A stretch of 64,000 nt of DNA from Sphyrna mokarran (GCA_024679065.1 JAGIQG010000009.1:62000001-62064000); one strand, 5' to 3'. Numbered from the stretch's first letter, positions 38,505 through 52,756 are shown. Notes: generated from the letters alone by a model not told the origin. Numbers and translations are program-made.

Positions 38505-38800
38505 TTTGACACTTCAATGAAGCTGAATTAAAAGGCCCAATGGCTGCGTCACTCTTCGGTTTGAGTTTGTTCCAGCTTCATCATGCAGCTTGACAGGTTT
38601 AATTTCAATACAGATTTCCATGCTCAGCCGTTGAGCGTGCTTTGCAACATCTTACAGTAGCAATTAGTCTAATCTCTTAGATCAAAGGAAGCAGACTGCT
38701 GGAGAGCGAGAAAGCCCAGGGTGCAATTAATAATGGGCAGTAAATCCACTTCAGAAATTACTTTTCAGTCAGAAACTAATTCTTTCTGCTTTGAAGTCAT
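38505..38800. promoter_or_regulatory. Putative conserved non-coding enhancer-like block
   Basis: Repeat-free; motifs AGATCAAAGG (TCF/LEF), TGACAG, several TAAT/CAATTA. Confidence 0.3.
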
Positions 38801-39167
38801 GTTTCTTTGCAGAATTGGTCAGTGGACCTCATTTTATTCCATTAAAGTGTTTCCTTGCCATTCCCTGCATATCTGAGTCAAGTGGGCAATTTCTACTACT
38901 TAAGGAATATTGATGGGCATTTTTTTCAACATCTGCTTAAAATTGAACAAGTCACTTTCTTATTGGTTAAGTTACAGTCTTTTGATCTATGTTGCTATTT
39001 CAGTTACAAAATAGTGTCAATTTTAGTCAAGCAATTTTTTTAAGGTCTTTGTATATGATTATTTTGACTCAAGTATCAGTAGTATCACTATCAAAATGCT
39101 CTTATATGAGGGAGTCGGTGAATGATAGGAGTGAGGAATGGAAGATGGCAGTTAGTTTGTAATCCTT

Positions 39168-39236
39168 TGATCTATTCATTTGTTTAATTTAATGGAACAG
39201 GGAAGCCATAGATAGTTGTGAAGGAAACATTAAGGA
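39168..39236 (+). repeat. Donor of 69 bp exact duplication
   Basis: Identical to 37960-38028. Confidence 0.95.
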
Positions 39237-39744
39237 CCAAGTATTAAATCATGTTTATCCAACATACAATCACAAGGCTTTGCAGTCTTGTGCTTAATTC
39301 AACCCTTCTTGACATTTAAAACCCCTTCGCTCCTGCACATCTTCGCCAGTGAGATTATGTTTCAGTAGAGGGGAACCTCATTGAATGGGTGTATCATTAT
39401 AGAGTTGAGTACTAGACCAGAACAAAGTTATGCATAATAAATATGTTAACATGTGGTTGCCATTTCTCTGCTAAAAGCATGAAAGTCGCTGACTCGCGAG
39501 TCTTAATGTAAGCTAATGTTAATTAATAATTCAGAACCAAAATAAAAACCCTGTAGGTTTCGAGTTTTGTTTCTGTTCTCTGCAACATTTTGAGTTTTCA
39601 GAATTACTTTGCTACTTCTGTACGCAGAGTAGCTATTAAAATATCAAAAGGAGCTAGCATTCAACAGCATACCTCATCACTGTTACCTTTCAAACGTAGT
39701 ATTCAATATACCAGTACCTTCCCAGAAACTAGGACAATTACAGA

Positions 39745-39920
39745 ATGACAGCATGGAAAAGAGGCCATTCAGGTCATGACTCTTTGAAGGAACTATCCAA
39801 TTAGTCCCACTCCCCCACTCTTTCCCCTTAGCCCTGCACATATTTTCCTTTTCAGATATTTATCCAATTCCTTTTTGAAAGTTACCATTGCATCGGTTTC
39901 CACCACAGTGTTGGGTAGTG
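39745..39920 (-). mobile_element. CR1-type LINE 3' tail
   Basis: ctatccaattagtcccactccccc...tttatccaattcctttttgaaagttacc. Confidence 0.75.
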
Positions 39921-42565
39921 TTTTAACTTTTAAGGTAAGTTCCTAAAATACTAAGAGCATAAAATGTATAATTTAAAAGGAAAATCAAGGGCAGAGCAGC
40001 ATTGTTCCTGTGGCAAATATCAAAAGTCTATTTTACGTCTGCATTGTTACAGAGCCCACTAACTTCCCACATGGAAACCAGTCATCTTGGTCCAGCCCTT
40101 TATGATTCACCTACACAACCAGTATATAAAAGCTTTCTACTTCCCTGTACTATAATTCAAGTATATCTGAAGCTCATTTAAAGTCCCTAGTGTGCTTACT
40201 TTACAGCACAGTATCTCAGCAAAAACTATCATTATACTAAAGTGCTCACAGCAAGATTATCGACACAGACAAGCACGTAACCAAGGTTTGTTCATTTTTC
40301 CTTAAGATATATTGTTGTACTTAAACCTAATGGATCCTGTACATCATTTGTTTGATTAAAAAATGAGAAGTTTAGCAGCTAACAAACTCAGTGAGGTATG
40401 AATGATTTCGGTGGAACTGTTAATTTGTTGGCCACTTAATTAGACTAACTTGCAATGACTAAATATTTTCTATGGGTATCTATTTTTGCTATTTAAATTT
40501 CCAATGAAAGCTTTCCAACGTTTGTGGAATTTTCTGTTATGAACTTGCTTAAACTTGATAAGATTGTTGAAGTGACTGAAGTAATGCGATACGTTCTGGA
40601 GGTAGGTGTGTAGTCTTTTGGGTGGTGACTGTAGTCAAATGAAGTGCCTGATTGGGGCAACATTCACCTAACTGGTTTAGGGAGAAGAAATAACAAGTTC
40701 TGTAAGATGAGGGATGAGAAGGAAGTGAAAAGAAAATGTACATTTTTATTTTAAATATTCATGGGAAGTTTCTTTATTGGAATTAGTGACATTTAACTAT
40801 AGTTTTAGCATTGCAACATGGGGATTAAAACCTGGTGGTGTTCACTTTGATAGATTGGAATCATGCTAGGTGCCAGTTCCATACAAATCTCATTTCTCTT
40901 TGAAGTGGTTGTATTATCGACAGAACATGTTCATTTTAGTATTTAGCCAATAAGGGACCTAAATGACCTTACTTCCAATTAATCAGCAACAGACAGGTCA
41001 TGATGCGTTACAAAAAGCAGAGGGAAACAACATAGATCTACAAATTGAACTCACGATTTTGAGCTGAATTGGGATCTTGATTGGGATTACAGTCAGACAC
41101 CACTGTGGAATGGCCTCTGCCGCCTTCTGAACGTTGGGTGGAGGTAGAATCAGGCTGGGCTTCAGTTCTTACCGTGAAGTCATAGCTCAACACTCACTAA
41201 ATAAGCTGATCCAGAGATAAAGAAATGTGTGGAACCAATACAGCAATCGGGGCCAAAGCCTGCCCTCTTGGGAGGTTGTGGGGGGTGGTGGGAGTAAACT
41301 GAGGGGAATTAAGTGCACGATTTGTTCATAAAGGCACGCAGCAAATGACAAATTAACATGTTTCAGTTAAGGGGTTGAGATGACAGGATTCTCACCCTTC
41401 ACAACAATCGCAGAAATGAGTGCAGTCAATTTTCATTTTGCAAGAGGTTTCATAGGAACACACAAGGGAAAAAAAAATTCTATTCCTGAATTAAAGCCAG
41501 AGAGATTGTGACAAATCAATGTTAGCTTAAAGATTTTATTTGTCTCGGGGAGTGGATCCAATCAGAACTCATTATGTATGGATTTAAATCCATATTGACC
41601 AGAAAACAGATTTTAATTCAATTATCAGAAATGAAAGGATTTAAAAAAAAATAACCAAAGATAACCATCTACGGGGCTAACTGAGTTCACATCTGTTTTG
41701 CTGGCAAATGCTTCGCACATGTCCTTTTGGCTGCAAACTGTTACTGTTAGTAATGCAACAGCCTGGGAACATTGGATATTTTCCCTTGTAGTAGCAAAAC
41801 GTTCCCACCTCAATCACAGCCGTCGCAATGCTGGAGTTAAGCGAAGTTGCTTGAATCTGAGCAGAGCATTTAAAAATAATCACATTGCAATATGGAACAT
41901 ATTAACTCGAACGACCCTCCTGGCTGCTGGACTGCATAATCCTAAAATAGCACGACCACATTAAGAAGCACAAATCTGGCTTTCTTGATTGTGGGTGGAA
42001 TGTGTCTTGTTAATGCAACTTCAAGCTTCTTTTATGTGGGGTGTTCTCATGGAAATACATCAGTCACGATGTTCCCAAAGGAATGTGGTATTGAATGAAC
42101 TGTATTTTTTTATATAAAAAGAATTAAATGTTGGCACTTGCAAAATTAAAAACATTTAATCTCAGTCTGGGCCAGCATCTCTGTAGGAGAGACTTGACAC
42201 AGAACCAGAAAGTTCTGACTGTTGGAGTCAGTTACTCAACGATATTTGAATTTTTTTTTTTTGCTTCACTGGGTGGGTATTCCTACTCAGTTTGAGCCGA
42301 ACTGCACTGAGGGAGCAGCAAAAAGCACAACTGTCAGGACCACCTGTTTCTCACTGCAACACATTTCTCGTCAACTACTTTCTAGAAGATTCCTGCTGGT
42401 AATTCTGAAGAGGCATCAAATTTATCTTGCCCTCCCAGCAGTGGGGGAAGAAAAAGAGGGAGATATTTTTTCAGCATGTAACCAGTTGATCTGAAAGTGG
42501 GTAAAACAACATTAATCCTCTTGTAGCCAGTGCAGTGCAGTTGTGACCCAGAGACCCTTGGGGTG

Positions 42566-42872
42566 ACACAGCGGCCGGTACTGCTTCCTCACAGCGCCAG
42601 GGATCCGAGTTTGATTCCTGACTTGAGTCACTGTCTGCATGGAGTTTGCACATTCTCCCCATGTCCGCATGGGTTTCCTCCAGGTGCTCCAGTTTCCTCC
42701 CATTGTCCAAAGAAGTGCAGTTTAGGTAAATTGTCCATGCTGAATTGCCCCTTAGTGTCAGGGGACTAGCTAGGGTAAATACATGGATTATGGGGATAAG
42801 ATCTGGTTGGGATTGTGGTTGGTGCAGACCCGATGGGCTGAATGGCCTTCTCTATTGTAGATTCTGTGATTC
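42566..42872 (+). mobile_element. HE1-like V-SINE
   Basis: Core and tail match. Confidence 0.9.
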
Positions 42873-45036
42873 TAATTAATAAATGAAATGGCCCAAGTTC
42901 TTAATAATCAGCTGACGGAGATCCTGTTGATCCATTCAGATACATAGATACAATCAGAAATAGAAATAAAGACATACCACCTCCCCATCCCTCTGGGATT
43001 AATATCAGCTCTGCTTCAGTTAAAGCAGAACACGTTGGTAAGAAAAGCTGAGATATGCCATGCCTCATGAACCAGGAGGAGATGCTCTAATTCACAGACT
43101 CGCCCTTGAGACGGACTGGTTAAGACAGTTACTTCAATTTGGCACAGGTCACCGGCTATTTCTACAAAAGATGCCGTTAGCAATCCAAAGCCCCTGTGGA
43201 GATCAGTGATCAAACACAACTTGATCCCAAATTCACATCTGTCACTTTTAGTCTCATATTAGGTTTTAAGTGGGAGCAGTATGGTGGGAGGAGTACAGCA
43301 CAGGACCTATCCTGGGCACTTTCTGTTTAAATTTATAAGTGACACACTTATCAAAGCCTATCTGGAAAATACACAATGATTTGGAAGGAGAAAAAAATTA
43401 TCCTTTTCGAATCATCATTAGAGTTGGATTCCAAGTGCACCAAGTAACATATTTTATTGTTTTTGTTCTAAGGAAATCTTTTTCAATGTTGCTTTGGGTC
43501 TCTGCTATAATAACCCAAACAACTTTGTATCTAAACTAATTTTAAAACTAGAATACAAAATGGAATGCTTTATTTTTAGATATACCGCTTTTCAGAAGGA
43601 AGGTCCCTCTTCCTCGCACATTAAGTACGAAATGAATGTGTGGTTGGAGTATAAATCTGGTATGTGTTTTTGCATCATATTTGATCCCAAAGCATTAAGC
43701 CTATTTACTGTCAAAAAAAACCTGAATCACACCAAGCACTTAAGACTGGCTTGTATTTCCAATCTTAACATAGTATTCCACTTAATCACTTGATGACTGT
43801 AGTTATTCACATTGAGTGTCATTTCCTTTTTTTTGAATTTTTAATTCATTCCTTGTGTATTCAATCGTCACTACAAATCTCCATCAGAGATCAAAATGCA
43901 ACTTCTGAGTACAGTCACTCAAAACAATACTTTAAGCCTACTCCTTCCATTCAGTGGCTTCAAGATTCATTTCATACGTCCTCAGAAAATGAATAAGTAT
44001 TAGTAATTAGTATGACACAGCAAATTCAATGGGGTTTTGATGCTCTGCGGGTTTTCCCATTACCTGGCCTCCATGAAATTGTCTGAAGGTCAGTTGAGCT
44101 GATTCAAAAGAGGACTGAAACTTGACCTGCCACAGAAGCCACACACACGAGTGACAAGCATTCAGTGGGAGCCACGGCCCAGAACTATAAGAATGAATCA
44201 TCAGTTTGCTGCAATTAATTCCACTGATTAGAAAAAAAGTCCCAAATCATTAGCCGTTCAGAAGTACAAACATTTGGCTTTCTCTCGGCGCAATCAGAAA
44301 CCGTCTCCACAAGACCGAAAGGACAATTCAGACAAGTTGGCTTTCTGTGCCTCGCAAGGCAACAATCATTTATTGCTACGCCCTGTCACAGAGATGTCTT
44401 TTGTGATGGAGAAAGTAGTTTGGAAGGGTATCTTGATTCAATCCTGTCGTTTGTAAGGAAGCAAATTGTCTTCAGGGCGGCCACCATCCAGATATCGCCA
44501 ACTGACCCTCCCCTAAAACTGAGCATTACCTTTTCCAACTCTTTGATATAAACCTGGAGATTTCATTGCATGACACATAACCACTCACCCAGTTAAGGAA
44601 TCTTTACCACCACCCCCTCCTGTAATCACCCCTGCCATCTACAACATATTTCTAACAAATAAAAGAATTTTTATAATAAAAGAAAAATCAATTTTTGTAA
44701 CATTTGGAACCCACACCCACATCTCTCCCCAACAACCCCCCATACTCCCCACCCTACTGTTTTCTCTTGGATTGCTTACAGTAACGTCTGGATTCATCTT
44801 AAGCACTTGGAAACTGCAGGAGAAGTCTGGAGGGTTGGTAACCTTCTCCAGAATGCACATTGGAATTACCAAACATGTTCAAAGCAAAATACAGCGGATG
44901 CAAGAACTCTGAAACAGCAACAAAAAACAGCAGCAAGCTGAGGCTTGTGGAGAGGAAGAGATAACTATGTTGCTGATATGAATCTTTCTTCAAAAGGGAT
45001 GAGGGTCTCAATAGATATTGAATGGGCTTGATAGAG

Positions 45037-45388
45037 GTGGCATGGTGGCACTGTGGTTAGCACTGCTGCCTCATACTCCAGAGACCAGCTTCAGTTCTGG
45101 AGTGACTGTCTATATGGAGTTTGCATGTTCTCCTCATGTCTGTATGGGATTCCTCCAGATGCTCTGGTTTCCTCCCACAGTCCAAAGATATGCAGATTAG
45201 GTATTTGATTGGCAATGTTGAATGGCCACTTAGTGTTCCAAGATGTGTAGGTTAAATGAATTAACTATGGAATACGTGTGGGGATAGGGCAGGGGAAAGC
45301 ACCTGAGTAAGTTGCTCTATTGTAGAGTTGGTGCAGACTCGATGGCCCAAATAGCCTCCTTCCCCACTGGAAAAATTCAGTGATTCTA
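45037..45388 (+). mobile_element. HE1-like V-SINE
   Basis: Head ggcatggtggcactgtggttagcactgctgcctca. Confidence 0.9.
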
Positions 45389-45861
45389 TTCTGTGTATTT
45401 ACATTCTCTGGGGGATTTTTTTTTCTGCTTTCAAAATCTGCCTTTTACTTTTAAGGTTGACCCACACAGATTTCAATTTTGTTTATCTCAGCAGATTCCT
45501 GCAGCTCTACCCTACAGTGTGGGTAAGTGTTGAGAATGGACTTCTTCATGATTCTGATCGATGTTGTCCCATGGCTGGCCAGCAGGAGTGCACTTCTGCC
45601 GCTGTGGCTTGGAAGCAGGCATTCTCCACTTAAAGTAAGTCACTCTGTGCACTTGGTTCAATAGATTTCTCAAGCATTGGAGGATTTTGTCGACTCTGGA
45701 GTTTGAGCCTATATATTAGGCATCATGCACGTGACCTTCAGCACATGACTAGCACGTGACCTTCAGGTTTCTCTCTAGATTCACTACCCTATAATTTCAA
45801 TATAATGGTCACTTTACTTGCACGTTATACTAAATAAGGTAAACCAATCCATTTTTATAGA

Positions 45862-46110
45862 AAAATATTGGAAATCTGAAACAAACAGTAAATGCCAAAA
45901 TACTCAGAAAGTCAAGTAGCATCTGTGAAGAGAGAAATAGACATAATTCCATCATTTTTCTTCAGAATCTTTCAACAGATTTCCACAACTTTTAACAGCT
46001 CTGATGAAAAGTCACCAACCTAAAAGAAAAATGCTGTTTTCTCACTCCACATACGCTGCCTTACTTGCTGATTATTTCTAGTGTTTTTTCTTGTTTCCTT
46101 TTCTTTCTGT
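45862..46110. mobile_element. Foldback Penelope-like element (family B)
   Basis: Inverted arms; ctgatgaaaagtcaccaacctaaaa degenerate hammerhead. Confidence 0.65.
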
Positions 46111-46529
46111 TTCATGACTTGGTTTGAAATCCTGACTGCCCCCTACAACTGTTTGGAAAATCTAAGAACAATTTACAAAGTTGATGTACAAAACTGCCAA
46201 TTGAATGCAATCTGAATTGGCAGTTCGCAATAGCTTTTTAATACTTTTTCACAGCTTGAACATTGTTCTCTCCCCAAACTTCAAATCAGACCCTGGCTAG
46301 AAAGTGCAATCAGTCAATTTTGACAGGGTTAGTTATTGGACTAAATCTTACCAAAAAATGGCAGCATTGTTTCCGGCTTCTTTTCCCCCCCAGATCCAAC
46401 TACACTCTGCAAAAACATATCAAGGGACGTGTTTCACAGAGTGGGATGGGACCTCCACACTTCAGCAAAATCTGGCTGCTTTGAGTTGGGCACCATCAGT
46501 AAAAGACCCTCCGATCATAACCTGAGTAA

Positions 46530-46830
46530 CAGCCCCATCCCCTACTCCCCTCCTTCTAATCAGAGTCAGCTCTTCTCTACCCCTCCCCCTCCAAATGATC
46601 AGCCCCTTTCCCCAACCCCTCCCATCCATTGGCTCCTTCCCCCACTCCCCCCTCACCCTTCCAATCATCAGCCCCTTCTTTACCCAGACCCCCTACCCAT
46701 CATTAACAGCTTTCCCCATCCCCCGGTCATTGGCTACAATTCTCTTCTCACTTCCGCTATCAGCACCAGTTCCTCCATCCACCCTCCCACAGTCTGAGCT
46801 GGCACCCACCTCCACCCATCACATTGGCTT
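46530..46830. repeat. C-rich low-complexity tract
   Basis: Recurrent cccc/ccat/tcagcccc motifs. Confidence 0.7.
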
Positions 46831-47986
46831 TTTGTCAACATATGGTGCTGGGTCAATATCTGGTAAGGGGCTGGATTAAATATATTAAAATCTATTCAAA
46901 TGCCCGTAAAACATTATGGGCGTGAACTCTGATGATGCCAACGACGAAGGATGGGGAAGATCCAAAATCGCATTCTGATCAGCGAGAACTGCAACTTCCC
47001 CATCTTGAGACCCCACTGGCAATCGCACAGATGGCGTGCGTGGGCTGAAGATTGTCCCACTCCTTTAAGGATCTTGAACATATTTTCACCAATTTGAGTG
47101 TCAGCTCCTGATGCATTGTACCTGAGTCTTCCTGAAGAAACAAGGCAGTGAAATTGTATCTTTGAATCATGACCCTGGCAGCTGAATACTCACCAAGACA
47201 TCAAACTTTGGGTGTGAACAATGATTCTCATCTATCTTGTGGAGCACAGTGTTTAAGCTGCTTAAAAGTTCTGTTTGAACTTGCTAACTATGAAGAAATT
47301 ATTCCTGAGCTTGATGGGTTTAAAGCTCTTGTGTCAGCTGACAGGCAGCGAGCGGCTAGATCAAAACCAACTGTGATAACATAACTACTGAGCACTGACA
47401 TCTTCTATCATCCTCTGAGCATGAACATTCCCTTCAGAATAGTGTCAAAGACAAGTTACTGTTGGAAAGAATGCATTGGACAGTTCCAGTGATCCAGGAA
47501 ATGCTCTTGGTGATAGTGGGTCGGTCTTTTTTTTTTGTAAATTAATTTTCAAACTTAAAAAGAGCATTCCACATACAAATATGACAATATTTGAATCAGT
47601 TTTGCTTACTTTTTTAGCAAGCAATTGAATATCTTAATTATGTCAACAGTAAGAGGATGATATTAGCCAACTGACCAAATAAGAAAATTGGTTTCAAGCC
47701 CTCGTCCAGAGAACCCATGTAGAAAATGGAGATAGACATTCCAATGCAGTGCTGTAGGAGTGTTGCTGTCAGAGGTGTCACCTGGTCAAATGCAGGTATT
47801 GTGGGGGATGAGGGGGGTTGTGAAGGAGATAATTGTATGCCAGCATAGCTTGGCCAAGATTCTATCCTAACTGTTACTACTGCAACCAAAGTAACAGGTC
47901 ATTGCTCTCATTTTTGCAAGCGAAATGCTGCCTTTCAGTTGTGAGATTTTGTTCGCCTATTCTCCGCAGAGCATCAATGACATGAT

Positions 47987-48262
47987 AGCACATGTGGTTA
48001 GCACTGCTGCCTCTCCAAAGACCTGGGATCGATTCCCAGTTTGGGTCACTGCCTGTGCAGCGTCTGCAGATTCTCACCAAGAATGTATGTGTTTCCTCCA
48101 GGTGCTCCAGTTTCCTTCCACAGGCCTGGTTAGGTGCATTGGCTATGTTAAATTTTCCCTCAGTGTACCTGAATAGAGCGTTGGAGTGTGGCGACTAGGG
48201 GATTTTCACAGTAACTTCATTGCAGTGTTAATGTAAGCCTACTTGTGATGTTAATAAATAAA
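47987..48262 (+). mobile_element. V-SINE (alternative tail)
   Basis: Intact tail ggagtgtggcgactaggggattttcacagtaacttcattgcagtg. Confidence 0.9.
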
Positions 48263-48845
48263 TTTAAAACTTAAAATCTGGAGCATCAGAAGTAATTCAC
48301 AGAGCTATGAACTGCTTTAGGATATACTTAATTGAAAGCCTTTTCATTTATATTTATTTTAATGCACAATTTATTTTTAAAAGGACTGGTATTCAGATAG
48401 AACAGAAGTAAACTCACCAAAAAGAAATTATGATCAGCGTCTCTGATAAAATGACAGTTCATATCCCATGAATTCTCCTGTGTGTCTACATTTTAAGAGC
48501 TGTGCTTGCTGCCAATGGTGTGCCTACACATTTGTACGTCACACTAAACGTAATCTCTCATTTGGATATCATATGCTAACCTACAGTTTCCTGAGGATAA
48601 GACAAATCCCTATCCTATTTCTCTTCCATATCAAAATATTAATAGTGAATAACAAAGCAAAAATAGCTTTTTAATCCAGGACCTCGGGTCAAAATCAGCT
48701 CACAGATCACGGTTATAGAAATTAAAGCCATACGCTGTGTTTGATTGGTGTGATTGACATTCTGCACACGCATCAACCAGTGCGTATGTGCAGATGTGTA
48801 TCAACGGCCATCCCGCATTTTTATTTCCAGCTAATCATAAATACT

Positions 48846-49545
48846 AGGGTCGAGGATTTTTCCGGATATCAGCAAAGGTCGATATCAGGTGAGAAAAGCA
48901 GCGTTGAAGTAGCCGACAGCAACGGTGGCTTTCTCCACAGCACTTCGAATTAAATAAGTCACAGGTTTCACAATATTTGGCTGGCTGAGAGACCACTATT
49001 AAACAACTCAGACAGCTGAGGATCAGAGCACTATTTTTAAAGGCTGCCCCATGTAGAGAGTGCAAACCAGTTCATCCCACGCTTACTGGCAGAACTATGG
49101 CACCTCCCCATGCACTTCCCATCACTGCCCATGCTCTGATCCTTGGCACTGCCTGGACACTACATGGCATTGCCCTCTTGCACTGCCTAGGGCCGGTACC
49201 CAGGCAGTGCCTGGCGTGACCCTCTTCTCCCCTGAGCGCTGAACTCATCTGAACTCTCCTGAGAGACCTGCTTGTCAGGTAAATGCCTTCAGAGACTAGT
49301 TGTGATTCACACATTCTGATGTCATGCCTTCATGGATAGATTTTCTGACAGTGCCAAAGGTGTTGGGCTGATTCTGTCTTAGGGCCCTGACAATTACATG
49401 ACGGTTTATCATAATGTTTTCCCAATGTTGAACATTACTAACAAGGAGGCGTGGAGACAATTGCATCGTGTGGGTACACTGACATGAGACACGATTTTGC
49501 CATTCCTCACGATATTCTCCACTCGTGAGTGGAAAATCCCAACCC
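48846..49545. mobile_element. Longer non-autonomous TIR element (Harbinger-like)
   Basis: gggtcgaggatttttcc...ggaaaatcccaaccc termini; internal ggcactgcc repeats. Confidence 0.65.
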
Positions 49546-52160
49546 AAGGTACAGCTGCTTTGGAATGCATACAGAATCCTAGGAATGGAACTGAACTCTT
49601 CCTTTCCTTCTGCCTTTCCTATTCCACACCATAACCACCTGAGTGTACATAAAACACGGAGTTAACATCACCATGCACACTAAGTGCTTTTCAAAGAGTT
49701 CCTCCTGTTCAGTGCTATTCAGTTCATGGAATACTGTAGATTATATCACAAGAAGAAAAAGTCTCATTGCCATTTTTTTCCCTTTTTTTCAAATTGAATC
49801 AAACATCTTCCAGCCTCCAGCATTTCCAACTAAAATAAGAAACAGGCAAATATTTATGACTTTGCAGCAACACATAACACAAAGAGATGTTTTTAAAGCT
49901 TTTTGTTTCATTACAATGCCTATTTGAGGCTGGAAATAACTGTTACAACATATCTTGTGTCTGGGTCACCATAACCTTTAAGATCATGCCATACAAGCAA
50001 CAGCCCAACAATTCCTTTATAATTATACACTGAACACAAACTAGACAAGTGGAAAATTTAGGTCATATCTCTCAGTCAAGATGGATGCAAACCACCCACC
50101 GAAACAATGATTTGCTGTGGTTCTCATATATTGGTTTTATGAACCTTATACAGTGGTCCACATATGTACCACACATGCTCAAATGCTCACATGTTCACTC
50201 AACACTTTATAAAGAGAGATGTAGTTATAGGCCATTCCATTGAACACTGACAACACCTTACACAAAGCTATTATACTGACCAACTAGTTGACATCCATGT
50301 CACAAATCCACCTAACAAGCCCATTCTGTTCTCTACAGACATCATTCCAACCCTCCAGGCAGGCAAAGCGATTTTCACCCGTTTGCTTTTGCATTAGTCA
50401 GAGGTTTTTCCTTCTGAATTTCACTGAAAAGACAATGTCCTTTTTGTTTACATGCTGTGCACACTGGGAGTTTGCAATTATTTCAACAGATGCCTTTTCG
50501 TAACGTAAAACCAAGAAACAGAATCGGTCACACTAGCCTACTTCTACCATAAACAGGCTGTAATCATGCAAAACAGCATAATTCACATGTGCTGTGGTCA
50601 CACTGTATGCCATCTAACCACAGAGATCCAAGCTGATGAAAACTGCTGTGTGTTAAATATTCTATATGGATTCTGCCTTTGTGTGTACATTTTAAATATA
50701 TCCTTTCGACATCTGTATGATTAATCATCTCTTTGCTTTGTGCAGATTCCAGATCTATCCACAGGCAACGTAGTGTATTATTCAAAACGCATGCCATTTG
50801 AAAAGGAATTTCTTTGTAAGGTGCTTTTCTTGCTGTCATTATATATTTAATTGCCTTAACGTTCCATTCTCAATGCTTGAAATTTTTAGGGGCGAAAAAT
50901 GTCTTTTCAGTGAGCACAATCAATCATTGCCTTCTTATAGTTATGGGTGCATTGTGAGCACGAAAGATTTTAATAGCCAGAGATTTATTTTTCAACAAAA
51001 CCATCCAATAACCAGTTATTCAACTGCAGAGAAAAAAGGAAATAATCAGAGGTTCGATGGATTCACCTGATTCTAAATTTTCACCCTTTTTATAGATGTT
51101 TACTGCCTGGACACCTTTTCAACAAGAATTAAACTGCTAAAGAATTGCAGTCTACAGACCAAGAAGGAACTAACCTTCTCAGTTAGAAGTTGCAACGATT
51201 TGGACGGTTCCCCATTTAAAATTCTAATGCATTTGCTGATGGTTTCAGGGAACATTCAACGCTGTCGGTGAGTTTGATGCTATTGGAGAAACCATCGACC
51301 GTTGATTGTACCTTGTAGCCAGCCTCCTCCACCTCCCTTAACCTTTGGGACAGTTTAACCAAGCCGCTTGGTTGCAAACACATTTGCTATGACAGCAGCT
51401 AACAGAAACATAGTAAAATAATTTCAGGGAATGCAGGAAAACAAGTGGCAGCAAAGGTCACAATCAACATTCATTGCTGTCGGTGGGTTCAACGATATGG
51501 TAAAGCTCGCTGACCAATGAATGCAACTGTGGCCCAGATATTAGCAATGGCGTCAATGGAATTGACATTGGAACGAGGCTGAATTGCAGTAGCTTATGGT
51601 CCAAGGTTGGGGTTTGTGCAAAGAAATTAACCTTATTTGGGCTTCGTATTCTGTAGTATGTGGATAAGATGTCACATTCAGTCTGTGATCTGTTCATAAA
51701 TGACAATGATGAGCAAATCCCCATCTCAATTGATAGAATGCTTGTTTCAGCTATTACATTTATTTTTGAAATCAGGTTTTAGTGCTTTGTTCGAACTTCC
51801 TGAAAGACTCAGTCTGTGCAGCTGAGATATTCAGTTCGGTTAGGAAATGGTGATTACAAAAGAGTGGTAAAGCCCAACCAGGCATCTGTATAGACATCAT
51901 TGTGAAAATGGCTGATTCAACAGCCTTTCTAAATATTTCACCATTAAGAAAATATACTAAATTCTCATGCATTACAAAGCAGCCAATACAGATTGGGATG
52001 GCCATTTGCCAAGTGATGGTTTAGAAATCACTGAACCAGCCTAAAGCAACAAGGATGCATTGAAATAAAAGTAAAATATTGTAGATGCTGGAATCTGAAA
52101 CAGAAACAGGAAATGCTGGAAAATCTCAGCAGATCTGACAGCATTTGTGGAGAAATAATG

Positions 52161-52200
52161 GACCCAACATTTCAAGTCTGGATGACCTGTCGTCAGAGCT
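52161..52200 (-). ncRNA. Minimal hammerhead ribozyme motif with intact core boxes
   Basis: agcu-CUGACGA-c-agguc-aucca-gacuu-GAAA-uguu-gggu. Confidence 0.55.
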
Positions 52201-52252
52201 AAGAGCAAAGATTTTCTTTGATCTTAGCTCTGATGAAACGTCATCCAGACTC

Positions 52253-52756
52253 ATTCGTTCATAATATATAGGAGCAGAATTAGGCCATTTGGCCCATGGA
52301 GTCTGCTGCATCATTTGATCATAGCTAATATGCTCCTTCTCCCCATTTCCCTGACTTCTCCCCATAATCCTTCAACCCATTACCAATTGAAAATCTAACT
52401 CCTTCTTAAATTACTTACTTTCCCATCATAGTGGGATAGTGAATTCCAGACTCACAATCCTTTGGAAGAAGTAGTTCCTCCTCAACTCTAGTTTAAATTT
52501 AAATCTAGTTTAAATTTAAAGACCTCTCATCCTAGAATGCCCCACAAAAGGAAGCATTCACTTCACATCTACTTTATTCATAAGTTTTATCATTTTATTT
52601 CCCTCAATTTGATCTCCTCTCATTCTTCTGAATTCCAGAAGGCGTAGGGCTAAAGTGTTCAATCTCTCTTCATACGACAAACCTCTCATCTCTGGAATCA
52701 ATCTAGTGAATCTCCTCTGAACTGCCTCCAATGCCATTATATCTTTCGTCAAATAA
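52253..52756 (-). mobile_element. CR1 LINE 3' fragment (ORF2 C-terminus plus UTR)
   Basis: ORF KDIMALEAVQRRFTRLIPEMRGLSYEERL...RRMRGD, the CR1 ORF2 C-terminal signature. Confidence 0.93.

Noticed and set aside
46429-46879. Proline-rich ORFs
   Set aside because: Artefact of a C-rich low-complexity tract.
52488-52520. 17 bp tandem duplication tctagtttaaatttaaa
   Set aside because: Simple slippage inside a dead LINE fragment.
52558-52752. Active reverse transcriptase gene
   Set aside because: Only a short, mutated C-terminal CR1 ORF2 fragment.
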